This document shows positions 52,749 through 62,211 of a stretch of 64,000 nucleotides of DNA, one piece after another. Source of the stretch: Candidatus Pacearchaeota archaeon (lineage in GTDB: Archaea; Nanobdellota; Nanobdellia; Pacearchaeales; GW2011-AR1); NCBI GenBank assembly GCA_018221305.1, contig JAAOYK010000016.1, positions 136-64,135 of the forward strand, in the 5' to 3' direction. The translations under genes and the position numbers were made by a program. Under the pieces are notes generated by a model. The model searched no databases. It was not told the DNA's origin and saw only the letters and a program-made list of their open reading frames with translations. Position 1 is the first letter of the stretch. Each line of letters begins with the position of its first letter.

Positions 52749-53228
52749 TTATTCTAAAATTGGATGTTTTTTTACAAGTTTTAAATTTCTCCACCGATTT
52801 GATAAACTAAATTTTGTTTTTGTGTGTGCTAAAAATATTAATATAAAAATGTAAATAATATGTTCATCTAAAAAAGGATGATGCTCTGGAGGAAGAACGG
52901 CAAGCCACATTAAAAACATCATTAAAGCTCCAGAATATCCTGAAATCTTTTTTGCAATGCCAAAAATTAGACAAAATCCAACAAGTAATAAACCAATCAT
53001 AAATATCCAGTCAACAAAAACATTTCCAATCATTGCTTGAAAAAGTTTTGTAAAAGGGCCTTTTGATGCAAACTTTAAAAATCCGAGTGTTGGAGAAGTT
53101 CCAGAAATCCAAGAGCTTTCACGCAATGTTGAAAATCCTAAACCAAACAATTTATCAAGAAATCCCCAAATAAAAATAAGACCTAAACTTATTCTTGAAA
53201 ATGATAATAAGTATTCTTTTTTTGCCAT
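52749..53228 (-). CDS. DoxX-family membrane protein
   Basis: LLSFSRISLGLIFIWGFLDKLFG and four TM helices, typical for DoxX/DoxD. Confidence 0.6.
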   Translation of the reverse strand: MAKKEYLLSFSRISLGLIFIWGFLDKLFGLGFSTLRESSWISGTSPTLGFLKFASKGPFTKLFQAMIGNVFVDWIFMIGLLLVGFCLIFGIAKKISGYSGALMMFLMWLAVLPPEHHPFLDEHIIYIFILIFLAHTKTKFSLSNRWRNLKLVKKHPILE

Positions 53229-53362
53229 TACAGGAAAACTAAGGAAGAGTTATATTTAAGGGTTTTGGAAGCATAATCATTAAGAAAGTTATTATTACTT
53301 TTTTATTTAAAAAAAAAGATATTTTCAGATAGGGTTATAAATCATTAAAGATTCTAACAATT

Positions 53363-54556
53363 ATGCAAAAGAGGAAAAGTGTAACTATACAAAAAAAGCT
53401 TAAGTCAAACATTTGGAAATATTTTCTAATTATGTTAACTAATAGGCGTAATTATATGCCGATTTTGGCAATTTATTTCTTAACTCTAGCAAACACTACT
53501 GCTCAGCAAATTGGATTATATGTTGGAATTGGTTGGCTTGCAGGATTTCTTTTAGAAATTCCGTCAGGATACCTATCAGACAAATGGGGGCATAAGAGAG
53601 TATTAGTTTTGGCAAAGTTTTCTATGCTAATCTCAACACTTTTTTTTATTTTTGGTAACTCGTTTATTTATTTTACTTTAGGTTCAATTTTTATTGCTTT
53701 TGGTTTTGCATTTACTTCTGGAACTGGAAGCGCATTTTTGCATAATACACTCATAGGATTAAAAAGAGAAAATGATTATGGAGAGGTTCAAGGGAAAATT
53801 AAAGCAAAGGCATCATTAGCTTCAGCAGGAATGATATTAATATTACCTTTCTTGACAAAAATTTCATTAATTATGCCAGTAAAAATATATTTAATTTTTG
53901 ATGTAATTGGAATTTTTGTGGCCTTTTTACTGTACTCTCCGAAAATAAAATTTGGTGCAAAAGATACTGAAGGAGAAAAAATATTTTCTCAACTTAAAAG
54001 ATTTAAAGGGACAGGATTCTATACTACTTCAATATTTACAGGCCTTTTTGGGGGTTTTATAATAGCACTTTCATTATTTAAGGAACCTTTTGTAAAATCT
54101 TTAGGACTTCCGATTGTCTTGGTTGGTTCAATAATGGCACTTTCAAGAGTAATTTGGTTTGTTGTTGGGCATAATCTAAAAATTCTTAAAAAAATAAAAA
54201 TTTATAAATTATTATTTTATGAAATATTTTTATTCTCTGGAATAATCATAATAAGCTCGCAATTAAAAAACCCTTACATTATTGTTTTTATTCTTGCGAT
54301 ATTGATCGGGCAGTATCACGGACAAGAGCCAATAATTGAAGAATATTATCTTAAGAACTTTTTAATGAATAAAAGGTATAAAGCAACTATGCTTTCAATT
54401 AAGCAGCAAATTCAGAGATTATTTCAATCAGGTATTGCATTTGTCCTAGGATTTGTGATGATGATCTCGTTTAGTAGTGGATTCTTAATAACAGGCATTT
54501 GTATGTTGATTGCTTTGTTAGGAATTTATCCTTTTTTGAGAAAATATCTTAAGTAA
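53363..54556 (+). CDS. MFS-type transporter
   Basis: About 12 TM helices; GYLSDKWGHKRV matches the MFS loop 2-3 motif. Confidence 0.7.
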   Translation: MQKRKSVTIQKKLKSNIWKYFLIMLTNRRNYMPILAIYFLTLANTTAQQIGLYVGIGWLAGFLLEIPSGYLSDKWGHKRVLVLAKFSMLISTLFFIFGNSFIYFTLGSIFIAFGFAFTSGTGSAFLHNTLIGLKRENDYGEVQGKIKAKASLASAGMILILPFLTKISLIMPVKIYLIFDVIGIFVAFLLYSPKIKFGAKDTEGEKIFSQLKRFKGTGFYTTSIFTGLFGGFIIALSLFKEPFVKSLGLPIVLVGSIMALSRVIWFVVGHNLKILKKIKIYKLLFYEIFLFSGIIIISSQLKNPYIIVFILAILIGQYHGQEPIIEEYYLKNFLMNKRYKATMLSIKQQIQRLFQSGIAFVLGFVMMISFSSGFLITGICMLIALLGIYPFLRKYLK

Positions 54557-54577
54557 AAAAATTTATTGAGTTAAGCA

Positions 54578-55465
54578 TCACAAAAACTTTTTTAAAAAAG
54601 ATGAAACATATTCTGCATCCCGATACATGCTTTCAAAAAATACTTTGAACTTTTTTGTTATTTCTTTATCTCTTATCAATAAATTGATCGCTTTTCCATT
54701 AGAAACAAAACAAATTAAAACAACATTATCTGTAATTAACAAATAGTATGGAAATTCACTCTTGACAACCTTACAATGTATTGTTTTACTGTTTACTAAC
54801 CTAATTATCTTTTTTATTTGTTTTTTGAATTTATCAGGCCCTAAAGCTTTTTTCATGGTGTTCAAAAACTCGGTTAGACTTTTCTTGTTAGTTATTCCTA
54901 TAAATTTTTTTTGCTTATTTAAATTATCAAAATAGTTCTCCTTGTACAATTTTTCTAAAGAATCATTACCAAGTACTAATTCTCTTTTCTTTTTTACAAA
55001 CTTTCTCACTTTTTTGTAGTCAGCATAATCTTCTGGATAAAAGTAATAAGGTGGGGTTGACGCGCGCTCAATAGAAAATATCTTGTCTTCTTCATTATAA
55101 ATGCGGCGACATTCTAAGATGTAATCTTCACGTGTTGTTAATAGTTTTACATCACCAGAACCCTTCTCAAGCAAGGACAGCATTAAGGCTTCTTTATCCA
55201 CTGTTTCCTTAAACTGATCTTTTATGAAAGTTTTTATTTTTTCTTCCTTATTTTTAAAAGAATAAAATGCAGGCTTTTTCTTTGACTTTTCAATTAATTT
55301 AGATCTAAGCAGATTATTAATATGTTCATAAAGCCTACCAAGGGGTATTTGAGTTTGTTTTGATAATTCACGTGCAGTTAAATCTCTAAATTCAAGACTT
55401 TTTAGGATTCTTATTTGTTTTTCAGGAAAATTATAATTTTTTCCAAGTTCTTCTATAAGATTCAT
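54578..55465 (-). CDS. TrmB-like wHTH regulator
   Basis: LTARELSKQTQIPLGRLYEHINNLLRSKLIEK. Confidence 0.55.
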   Translation of the reverse strand: MNLIEELGKNYNFPEKQIRILKSLEFRDLTARELSKQTQIPLGRLYEHINNLLRSKLIEKSKKKPAFYSFKNKEEKIKTFIKDQFKETVDKEALMLSLLEKGSGDVKLLTTREDYILECRRIYNEEDKIFSIERASTPPYYFYPEDYADYKKVRKFVKKKRELVLGNDSLEKLYKENYFDNLNKQKKFIGITNKKSLTEFLNTMKKALGPDKFKKQIKKIIRLVNSKTIHCKVVKSEFPYYLLITDNVVLICFVSNGKAINLLIRDKEITKKFKVFFESMYRDAEYVSSFLKKFL

Positions 55466-55528
55466 TTTAACACATTTTATCGGAAAAACGTGGGAATACT
55501 ATATAAATGTTTTTGATATTTTAAATGC

Positions 55529-56614
55529 ATGGAATTTTATTCATCACCTTACGATTGGCAAGAATATGTTAATGAGTATGTTAAAGGTCATCCAGATGTG
55601 CAAAAAAGTCATTTAGAAGAATTTGCGCAAGCATCAAAAACTTTACGAAAATTAAATTATAGGGATGACTTAAACGGAAGATGTGAATGTACTGGTGAAG
55701 ATTGGGACCATTTGCCCAAAAAGCAAAGAGAAGAGCAAGAAAAATTAGACATACAAGCTCAGGAAGCATATGACCAAACATTTGCAAAAATTGAGAAAAT
55801 TGTAATGAATCATGCGAAATTAAATGAAAATAAAATATTTTTAGGGCTTGCACAGAAATTAAAGCAAGACCTTTTCAAGGATAGCTTTACAAAAAAACAA
55901 TGCGAAACCCTTAGAAAAACTAAACCACTGCGTGCATTATTTTGTGATTTAGATGGTGTTTTAATTGATACTGAACCGTTTAAGTATGCTGCATATGTAC
56001 AAGAATTAGTTAGAAGAGGCATTAATTTATCAGAACTAGAAAGTAAACATTTTCTTCAGACCTACACAGCAAATTATATAGGCAGATCTGGAGAGGAAAG
56101 TGCAAAAGGACAATTAGCTTGGTGCAAGAAAAATATCAAAGACGTAGGAGAAGATTGGCAAGAATATCGAGAAGGGAAAATGGATTTTTATGACCCAATA
56201 AAAAATTTTATACCACTTATTTGGGAAAATATTAATGCAGTAAAAGATTTTCATAAACAAACAAAAATTGACATTTATTTAGTAAGCAGGACAGAAGAGC
56301 AACGTGCAAAATACATTTTAGGCAGAGCAGAAATGGATCACTTTGTTAAAATAGCAGTTGTTCCGGGAAGTGAACCAAAATATAGCAAAGCAGCAGAATT
56401 AGTTAAATCTAAAGGAATAGAATTAAAAAATTGTTTTGCAATCGAGGATACTTCACAAGGAGTTAGTCAAGCAAAAGAAAAAGGTTATGAAATACCAGTT
56501 ATTGTTACTCCAAATGATTTAACAAGATATTCAAATTTTAAGCAAGCAGATTTTGTTGTAAAAGAGCCTCAAACATTGAACAACATTTTAGAAAGTTTGA
56601 AATTCATTTGTTGA
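55529..56614 (+). CDS. HAD-superfamily hydrolase with an about 130-aa unknown N-terminal extension
   Basis: Motif I FCDLDGVLIDTEP, motif II LVSRT, motif IV AIEDTSQG. Confidence 0.65.
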   Translation: MEFYSSPYDWQEYVNEYVKGHPDVQKSHLEEFAQASKTLRKLNYRDDLNGRCECTGEDWDHLPKKQREEQEKLDIQAQEAYDQTFAKIEKIVMNHAKLNENKIFLGLAQKLKQDLFKDSFTKKQCETLRKTKPLRALFCDLDGVLIDTEPFKYAAYVQELVRRGINLSELESKHFLQTYTANYIGRSGEESAKGQLAWCKKNIKDVGEDWQEYREGKMDFYDPIKNFIPLIWENINAVKDFHKQTKIDIYLVSRTEEQRAKYILGRAEMDHFVKIAVVPGSEPKYSKAAELVKSKGIELKNCFAIEDTSQGVSQAKEKGYEIPVIVTPNDLTRYSNFKQADFVVKEPQTLNNILESLKFIC

Positions 56615-56658
56615 AATGGTATAGAAAACACTTTAAACCTCAAATTTATACATACAAT

Positions 56659-58173
56659 ATGCCCTTATTAACAAAATCAAAATATCTTCAAGGCTTGCAA
56701 TGCTCACACCTATTATGGACTTCTGTTAATGATAAAGCTAGATTACCAGACCAGGATTTAGCTACACAGTACAGGCTTAAAAGTGGTAATGAAGTTGGAG
56801 AGATTGCTAAGAAAAAGTTTATGGGCGGAATAGACATTTCAACAAACGATTTTATAGGTAATATTGAGCAAACTTCTAATCTATTAAAACAAAGAAAACC
56901 ACTATTTGAAGCAGGATTTAAAGCAAGATTTGTTGGAGATAATGAGGTGTATTCCAGGATTGATGTTTTGGTTCCGGTAGAGGATAATAAATGGGACATT
57001 GTTGAAGTAAAAAGTGGAACTAGGGTTAAAGATATTAATATAGACGATGTTAGCTTTCAAAAATATAGTTGTGAGAAATCAGGGCTAGAGATTAGAAACT
57101 GTTATTTAATGCATATTAACAATCAATATATTAAGCAAGGTGAGGTTGATCCTGAAAAACTGTTTGTTAAAGAAGACATAACAGAACGTGTTGACAAGGC
57201 AATAAGTGGGATTGAGAAAAAGATAAACAATATGTTTGAAATGATATCGCTGGATCAAGCACCAAAAATACGCATTGGTGCGCATTGTCAAGATCCCTAT
57301 GATTGTGTTTTAAAAGATGATTGTTGGAAAGATTTGCCAGAAGAAAACGTTTTTCATCTTGCTAGAGGCAGAGAAATTTCTAGAGAATTATATAATAAAG
57401 GCATAATAAAAATAAAAGATATCCCGAAAACTATTGAATTGAGTTATAAACAAAAAATTCAAAAAGAGTGTGCAATTAATGGAAAAATACATATTGATAC
57501 TGAAGCAATAAAGCATTTCTTAAGCAGCCTAAAATATCCATTATATTATTTAGACTTTGAAACTCTTGCCCCAGCAATCCCAAAATTTAATGGAACACGA
57601 CCGTATCAACAAATACCTTTTCAATACTCGCTGCATGTTCAACAAGAAAAAGAAGGAGAAACAAAACATCTGGAATTTTTAGCAGAAGGGACAAAAGATC
57701 CTAGGCCAGAATTATTAAAAAAGCTAAAAAGAGATATTAATACTACTGGAGACATTGTAGTATACAGTAAAAGGTTTGAAAGCGGCGTCGTAACAGATTC
57801 TATTAATGCTTTTCCAGAGTTTAAAGATTGGGGCAAAGAAGTTTTGGGGCGTATGAATGATTTGTTAACTCCATTTAGAGAATTTTATTATTATCATCCG
57901 AGTCAATGCGGAAGTGCGTCATTAAAAAAAGTTTTGCCGGCTGTGGTTGGTAAAACAAAAGCAGGCAAACTAAACTTGCCAGAAGGTGTGCGTGGTTATG
58001 AAGATATGGATATTTCGCATGGACTTAATGCAAGTATTGAATACCAAAGAGTAACTTATGGATCAAACATTGAGCCAGAGGAGAGAGAAAGGGTAAGGAC
58101 AGCATTAAAAGAGTATTGTAAGCTAGATACACTAGCAGAAGCAGAAATTATTTCTAAACTGAATTCTCTTTAA
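56659..58173 (+). CDS. DUF2779-like protein (PD-(D/E)xK nuclease N-domain plus DEDD-like region)
   Basis: MPLLTKSKYLQGLQCSHLLW start. RIDVLVP...WDIVEVKSGT. YYLDFETLAPAIPKF...PFQYSLH. Confidence 0.6.
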   Translation: MPLLTKSKYLQGLQCSHLLWTSVNDKARLPDQDLATQYRLKSGNEVGEIAKKKFMGGIDISTNDFIGNIEQTSNLLKQRKPLFEAGFKARFVGDNEVYSRIDVLVPVEDNKWDIVEVKSGTRVKDINIDDVSFQKYSCEKSGLEIRNCYLMHINNQYIKQGEVDPEKLFVKEDITERVDKAISGIEKKINNMFEMISLDQAPKIRIGAHCQDPYDCVLKDDCWKDLPEENVFHLARGREISRELYNKGIIKIKDIPKTIELSYKQKIQKECAINGKIHIDTEAIKHFLSSLKYPLYYLDFETLAPAIPKFNGTRPYQQIPFQYSLHVQQEKEGETKHLEFLAEGTKDPRPELLKKLKRDINTTGDIVVYSKRFESGVVTDSINAFPEFKDWGKEVLGRMNDLLTPFREFYYYHPSQCGSASLKKVLPAVVGKTKAGKLNLPEGVRGYEDMDISHGLNASIEYQRVTYGSNIEPEERERVRTALKEYCKLDTLAEAEIISKLNSL

Positions 58174-58235
58174 AATAACTCCTTAAGAATTCTTGAGTAT
58201 CATAATTTTTAAGAGAAATCTAATATTTAATTTGT

Positions 58236-58730
58236 CTAATTTTCTGAATCTTCTTCACCATCATCGTCACCATCATCTTCTTCATCATCATTGTCATCTT
58301 CAAGCATTTCCAAATTACTTAAAATAGCAATAATTTTGTCTAATTTTTTGTTAATTTGATCTAGCTTGTCTGAAGACATTGATTGAGAACCATTGCTTCT
58401 TGATCTTGGACCGAAACTTGATCCTGGACCCTTATCTCTAAAACAATCACCACATAAGACGGGCTTGTCACCAGTTGGTTTAAACGGAACTTGGCATCTT
58501 TTTTTACATTTATCACAAGTAACATCATGCATTTCTGGTCTTCTATCAGATCTTCGGCCATAGCCGCCCTGGTTTCGGTTTCTGTCCCTATCTCCGCCTC
58601 CATAGCCTCCTCGAGACCCACCATTAAAGCCGCCCTGAGACCTACCATTAAAGCCGCCTCGGCTTCTATTTCTATCATTATCTCGGTCAGAATTTCTTCC
58701 TCCACGATTACTTGGTTTAAAGTTTCCCAT
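58236..58730 (-). CDS. RGG-rich / CxxC-x17-CxxC zinc-ribbon / acidic-tail protein
   Basis: GGFNGRSQGGFNGGSRGGYGGG repeats. VTCDKCKKRCQVPFKPTGDKPVLCGDCF. C-terminal DDNDDEEDDGDDDGEEDSEN. Confidence 0.65.
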   Translation of the reverse strand: MGNFKPSNRGGRNSDRDNDRNRSRGGFNGRSQGGFNGGSRGGYGGGDRDRNRNQGGYGRRSDRRPEMHDVTCDKCKKRCQVPFKPTGDKPVLCGDCFRDKGPGSSFGPRSRSNGSQSMSSDKLDQINKKLDKIIAILSNLEMLEDDNDDEEDDGDDDGEEDSEN

Positions 58731-58853
58731 GAATAAAGGTCAAAATCAGGGCTTATAAAGCTTGAGATTTTAAGAAAAAGCAGAATTTAGAAGTTTTTTG
58801 TGAAGGATTGAATAACAATAATTCTTAAAAACATTACATTTTTCTAGTTAAAT

Positions 58854-59330
58854 ATGAATACCAGAAAATTGTACGAATTAAGAAAAGATCGGATGACCAT
58901 ACAGAATTCTCCTGACCAATTCTATGAAATAGCAACAACAATTTTTAAAGATTGCAAAAGAGTACAAGTACCTTTAGTTTTTGGGCCTAAAGATTCTGGT
59001 GAAGATCAATGGAAGGTTCAATATTTATCTCCTAAGACAGTCTCTGATAGATTAACTATTGAAAACTTTCTTGAAGGAGTAAGGATAATAAGGGATGAAT
59101 ACTCCCCAGAACTTTTTAGATACTTTCATTCTAAACTTATTTTTGAAGGAGTAGACTCAGAAAAAAATATTCCAAATAATACTTCTTTAATTGATATATC
59201 TTTAACAAATGGTGGTAAAGCCTCCCATAACCTTAGCATAATATATAGTGAACATGCTTATACTGCTAGGACAACAAGAGATATTCAAGCACTTGAAAGG
59301 GCGATGAAGAATCATATGGGACCTAATTAA
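58854..59330 (+). CDS. Hypothetical protein
   Basis: 158-aa ORF. No motif recognised. Confidence 0.4.
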   Translation: MNTRKLYELRKDRMTIQNSPDQFYEIATTIFKDCKRVQVPLVFGPKDSGEDQWKVQYLSPKTVSDRLTIENFLEGVRIIRDEYSPELFRYFHSKLIFEGVDSEKNIPNNTSLIDISLTNGGKASHNLSIIYSEHAYTARTTRDIQALERAMKNHMGPN

Positions 59331-59341
59331 GAGGAGATATA

Positions 59342-59554
59342 ATGGAAAAATCCACATTTATAAGTTATTGTAGGAATTATATTGCAGCAAAAAGAGAAGA
59401 GGATAATGATCAGACCCAAATAAAAGACTTAAGAAAATTAATAGATATAGCAAACTTTATTGAAAGTGAGAATAATTTTTCAGAAATGTCCCACGCGATG
59501 GCTGCAACAATTTGTGAGACATATTATATTGGTAAGGATAGTAGAGATAGTTAA
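59342..59554 (+). CDS. Hypothetical small protein
   Basis: 70-aa ORF, 11 nt after the previous stop, with GAGGAGAT upstream. Confidence 0.4.
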   Translation: MEKSTFISYCRNYIAAKREEDNDQTQIKDLRKLIDIANFIESENNFSEMSHAMAATICETYYIGKDSRDS

Positions 59555-59613
59555 GGTAAAGAAATAATTTTAAAAACCATTAATTTCTTGTATTTTTAAT
59601 CCAAATAAGGGAG

Positions 59614-59627
59614 AAAGAGTTCTTGAT
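59614..59627 (+). promoter_or_regulatory. Copy 2 of the motif AAAGAGTTCTTGAT
   Basis: Lies 9 nt upstream of the ATG at 59637. Confidence 0.45.
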
Positions 59628-59636
59628 ATATTGAAG

Positions 59637-60311
59637 ATGACAAAAGTAAAATTCAAGTTTGATGAAAATATAGATTTAAAAAATATTTGGGAAACCTGTA
59701 ATAGCTCTGTACTCTGGCATGATTTTCAACAATATCTTCCTGAGAATATGGTCGCTGCTGCACATGGTAAAGAGTTTACTGAAGCAAAAAAAGAAATGCG
59801 CAAAATATTGAAAAGTTATTACAATTCTGGAAACATGGATATATTTTCTAATGCATTAAATGATTCCTGGAAACTTGTTGAAGATAAATATGTAAAAAGA
59901 TTAGAACAGGTTACAAAAAAACCTCTTACTTTTGATCAGATAGCAGGTTATATTACTACAACTTACAGATGCCCGTATTATCCTGATGAGAAAAATCCAT
60001 CATTTATGGTATCAACAAAGATTTCCCTTCAAGGAAATCAAGTTATTGCAGGACATGAAATAATGCACATACATTTTCATAAACATCACTGGGATGGAAT
60101 AGAAGAAAAATTAGGTTGTGATAAAACAGGAGACTTAAAAGAAGCATTAACAGTTTTATTAAACCTTGAATTTAAAGACATATTATTCGGCCATGACAGG
60201 GGTTATGATTGCCACCAAGAGCTTAGAAAATATCTAGCGCAAGAATGGGAGAAAAATAAAGATTTTGATGTTCTTTTGGAGAAAGGTACAGAGTATTTAG
60301 AAGTTGTATAA
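59637..60311 (+). CDS. Hypothetical protein with an HExxH motif (possible zinc metallopeptidase-like)
   Basis: AGHEIMHIHFHKHH. ATG at 59637 preferred over the TTG at 59631. Confidence 0.45.
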   Translation: MTKVKFKFDENIDLKNIWETCNSSVLWHDFQQYLPENMVAAAHGKEFTEAKKEMRKILKSYYNSGNMDIFSNALNDSWKLVEDKYVKRLEQVTKKPLTFDQIAGYITTTYRCPYYPDEKNPSFMVSTKISLQGNQVIAGHEIMHIHFHKHHWDGIEEKLGCDKTGDLKEALTVLLNLEFKDILFGHDRGYDCHQELRKYLAQEWEKNKDFDVLLEKGTEYLEVV

Positions 60312-60398
60312 AAAGAAGTAAGAAGACTTAAATATATTCCTTATTATTACTGTATTAAGAAAAATGAGTACAGAAAATAAACTAGTTCCGATACAAAA

Positions 60399-60635
60399 AT
60401 GAAAAACAAACAAGATTTTATTTGTCCAAAATGTGGAAGTAACAACTGGGGGGTTGGATTAATAGACAGAAATAGTGGCACAATATACAAGGTGTCAATG
60501 AACAATAAAAAATGTAAAGATTGCGGTTTTGTAGGATTATTCCCAGTCAAAAGCGAATCCAACTTAGACGAAAAAGATAAAGAAATTTTACAAGAAATTG
60601 AAGATATTAAAAATAATAAAAAAGTCAAATTTTAA
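60399..60635 (+). CDS. Small zinc-ribbon protein
   Basis: CPKCGS...CKDCG. Confidence 0.5.
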   Translation: MKNKQDFICPKCGSNNWGVGLIDRNSGTIYKVSMNNKKCKDCGFVGLFPVKSESNLDEKDKEILQEIEDIKNNKKVKF

Positions 60636-60686
60636 ACATACAAGATGGAAAGTAATTGTAAGCTTTTCTAAAAGAGTAGACCAAAA

Positions 60687-61250
60687 ATGAAAACAGCAAT
60701 ACTTATTCACGGTTCTTTTGGACATCCAGAAGAGAACTGGTTTCCGTGGCTTAAAAAAAAGCTTGAAGATATAGAGTATCAAGTATTGGTTCCAAAATTT
60801 CCAAGCCCTCCAGATCAAAGCCTTGATAACTGGATGAAAGTTTTTGAAGAGTATAAAGAGCATATTAATTCTGAGACAATATTTATTGGGCATAGCTTAG
60901 GGCCAGCGTTTATCATGAACGTGCTTGAAACAATGGATAATGGGGATGAAAAGGTTAAGACATGCTTTTTTGTGTCAGGATTTACAGGACTGATTAATAA
61001 TCCTGAGTTTGACAAGGTTAATAAAACATTTACAGACAAAAAGTTTGATTTTGATAAAATTAAAAAAAGATGTGAGAAGTTTTATGTCATTCATTCTGAT
61101 AATGATCCTTATGTTCCAAAAGAGAAAGCTCAAACTTTGGCAAAAAATCTTGGAGTAGAAGTTATTTGGATAAAAAATGGCGGGCATATTAATGAAAGTG
61201 CCGGATATACAAAGTTTGAAGAATTGCTTGAGATTTTAAAAAAAAGTTAA
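60687..61250 (+). CDS. Serine hydrolase of the YdeN/RBBP9-like alpha/beta family
   Basis: ILIHGSFGHPEENWFPWL, GHSLG, DNDPYVP, GGHIN. Confidence 0.7.
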   Translation: MKTAILIHGSFGHPEENWFPWLKKKLEDIEYQVLVPKFPSPPDQSLDNWMKVFEEYKEHINSETIFIGHSLGPAFIMNVLETMDNGDEKVKTCFFVSGFTGLINNPEFDKVNKTFTDKKFDFDKIKKRCEKFYVIHSDNDPYVPKEKAQTLAKNLGVEVIWIKNGGHINESAGYTKFEELLEILKKS

Positions 61251-61287
61251 AGTTTAAATATGATAAAATATTATTACTAATATCAAT

Positions 61288-61467
61288 ATGGCAAAGAAAA
61301 AAAAGGAGTCAAAAAGTGACGTTGCAGGTGGTTTGGTTTTTGTTGGATCCTTGATGCTTGGTATTGCACTAGGAATCTTTAAGGGAAACACTGCTGTAGG
61401 GACATTGGCTGGACTTGGAATAGGTTTCATCCTTTTTGGATTGATCAAAGCGCTTATGGATAAATAG
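61288..61467 (+). CDS. Small glycine-zipper membrane protein (59 aa); not in the ORF track
   Basis: MAKKKKESKSDVAGGLVFVGSLMLGIALGIF...GLGIGFILFGLIKALMDK. Preferred over the Pro-rich antisense track ORF 61254-61448. Confidence 0.45.
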   Translation: MAKKKKESKSDVAGGLVFVGSLMLGIALGIFKGNTAVGTLAGLGIGFILFGLIKALMDK

Positions 61468-61600
61468 TTAATTCCATTTTATGAGGTGTGTAATGTGAAA
61501 ATTCTAATTGGGTTTTAATTGAGAAAAAAGTAAAAACATTCTAAAATAAGTAACGTGTTTTAAGGAAAGCTTAAATAATTGTTTTTTATTATATTCTTTT

Positions 61601-61906
61601 ATGGCAGAGGAAAAAAAATGGTATGTTTACATCCTAGAATGCATGGACGAATCGCTTTATACAGGAGTTACTAATGATATTGATAACAGAATGAAAGCAC
61701 ATGCTAATGGGACTGGAAGCAAGTATGTCAGACGAAAAGGGTTTAAACAATTATTAAGAACTAAAGAATGCATTGACAAAAGTGATGCATGTAAATGTGA
61801 ATATCAAATAAAACAATTAACACGTAACGAAAAGCTGGATTGGTTTAGAGATAATGGAGGGATTATCAAAGTTACTTTGCCTACTTTTGCCTCTTCTTTT
61901 CCCTAG
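61601..61906 (+). CDS. GIY-YIG nuclease-domain protein (UPF0213/YhbQ-like)
   Basis: WYVYILECMDESLYTGVTNDIDNRMKAHANG...KYVRRKG. Confidence 0.8.
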   Translation: MAEEKKWYVYILECMDESLYTGVTNDIDNRMKAHANGTGSKYVRRKGFKQLLRTKECIDKSDACKCEYQIKQLTRNEKLDWFRDNGGIIKVTLPTFASSFP

Positions 61907-62198
61907 CGTCTCGCCAGGCTTTGGCTTCAGTGCTTACAGCACGCCCTAAATAATGAACATATTCACTGCTTGAATTATCTCGAAGATATGTTAATTTTTT
62001 GGCTTCAAGATTTTTTACAAATAAACGCCTGTGATAAAATTCTTCTTTATCTCTTAATCCTAAATCTTTTCCATACCACCATTTTTCAGCTATTTCGTAA
62101 AGTTTGGCTTTTTCTGCCTTAAGGCACTTAAGGGTTTCTTGTAGATCTTTTCTTTTTAATTTTTTTTGCTCTTTTTCAAAATCTTTTCTTGTTTTCAT
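61881..62198 (-). CDS. Hypothetical Lys/Glu-rich protein
   Basis: 105-aa ORF. No motif recognised. Confidence 0.4.
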   Translation of the reverse strand: MKTRKDFEKEQKKLKRKDLQETLKCLKAEKAKLYEIAEKWWYGKDLGLRDKEEFYHRRLFVKNLEAKKLTYLRDNSSSEYVHYLGRAVSTEAKAWRDAREKKRQK

Positions 62199-62211
62199 GT
62201 TAACTTGCTAC

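Noticed and set aside
58183-58200. AAGAATTCTTGAG resembling the AAAGAGTTCTTGAT motif
   Set aside because: It lies between the 3' ends of two convergent genes, so it is not in a promoter position. It differs at key positions and is a simple EcoRI-type palindrome, so the resemblance is probably chance.
61254-61448. Track ORF on the minus strand (64 aa, Pro-rich)
   Set aside because: The plus-strand 59-aa glycine-zipper membrane protein (61288-61467) is a more protein-like reading of the same DNA.
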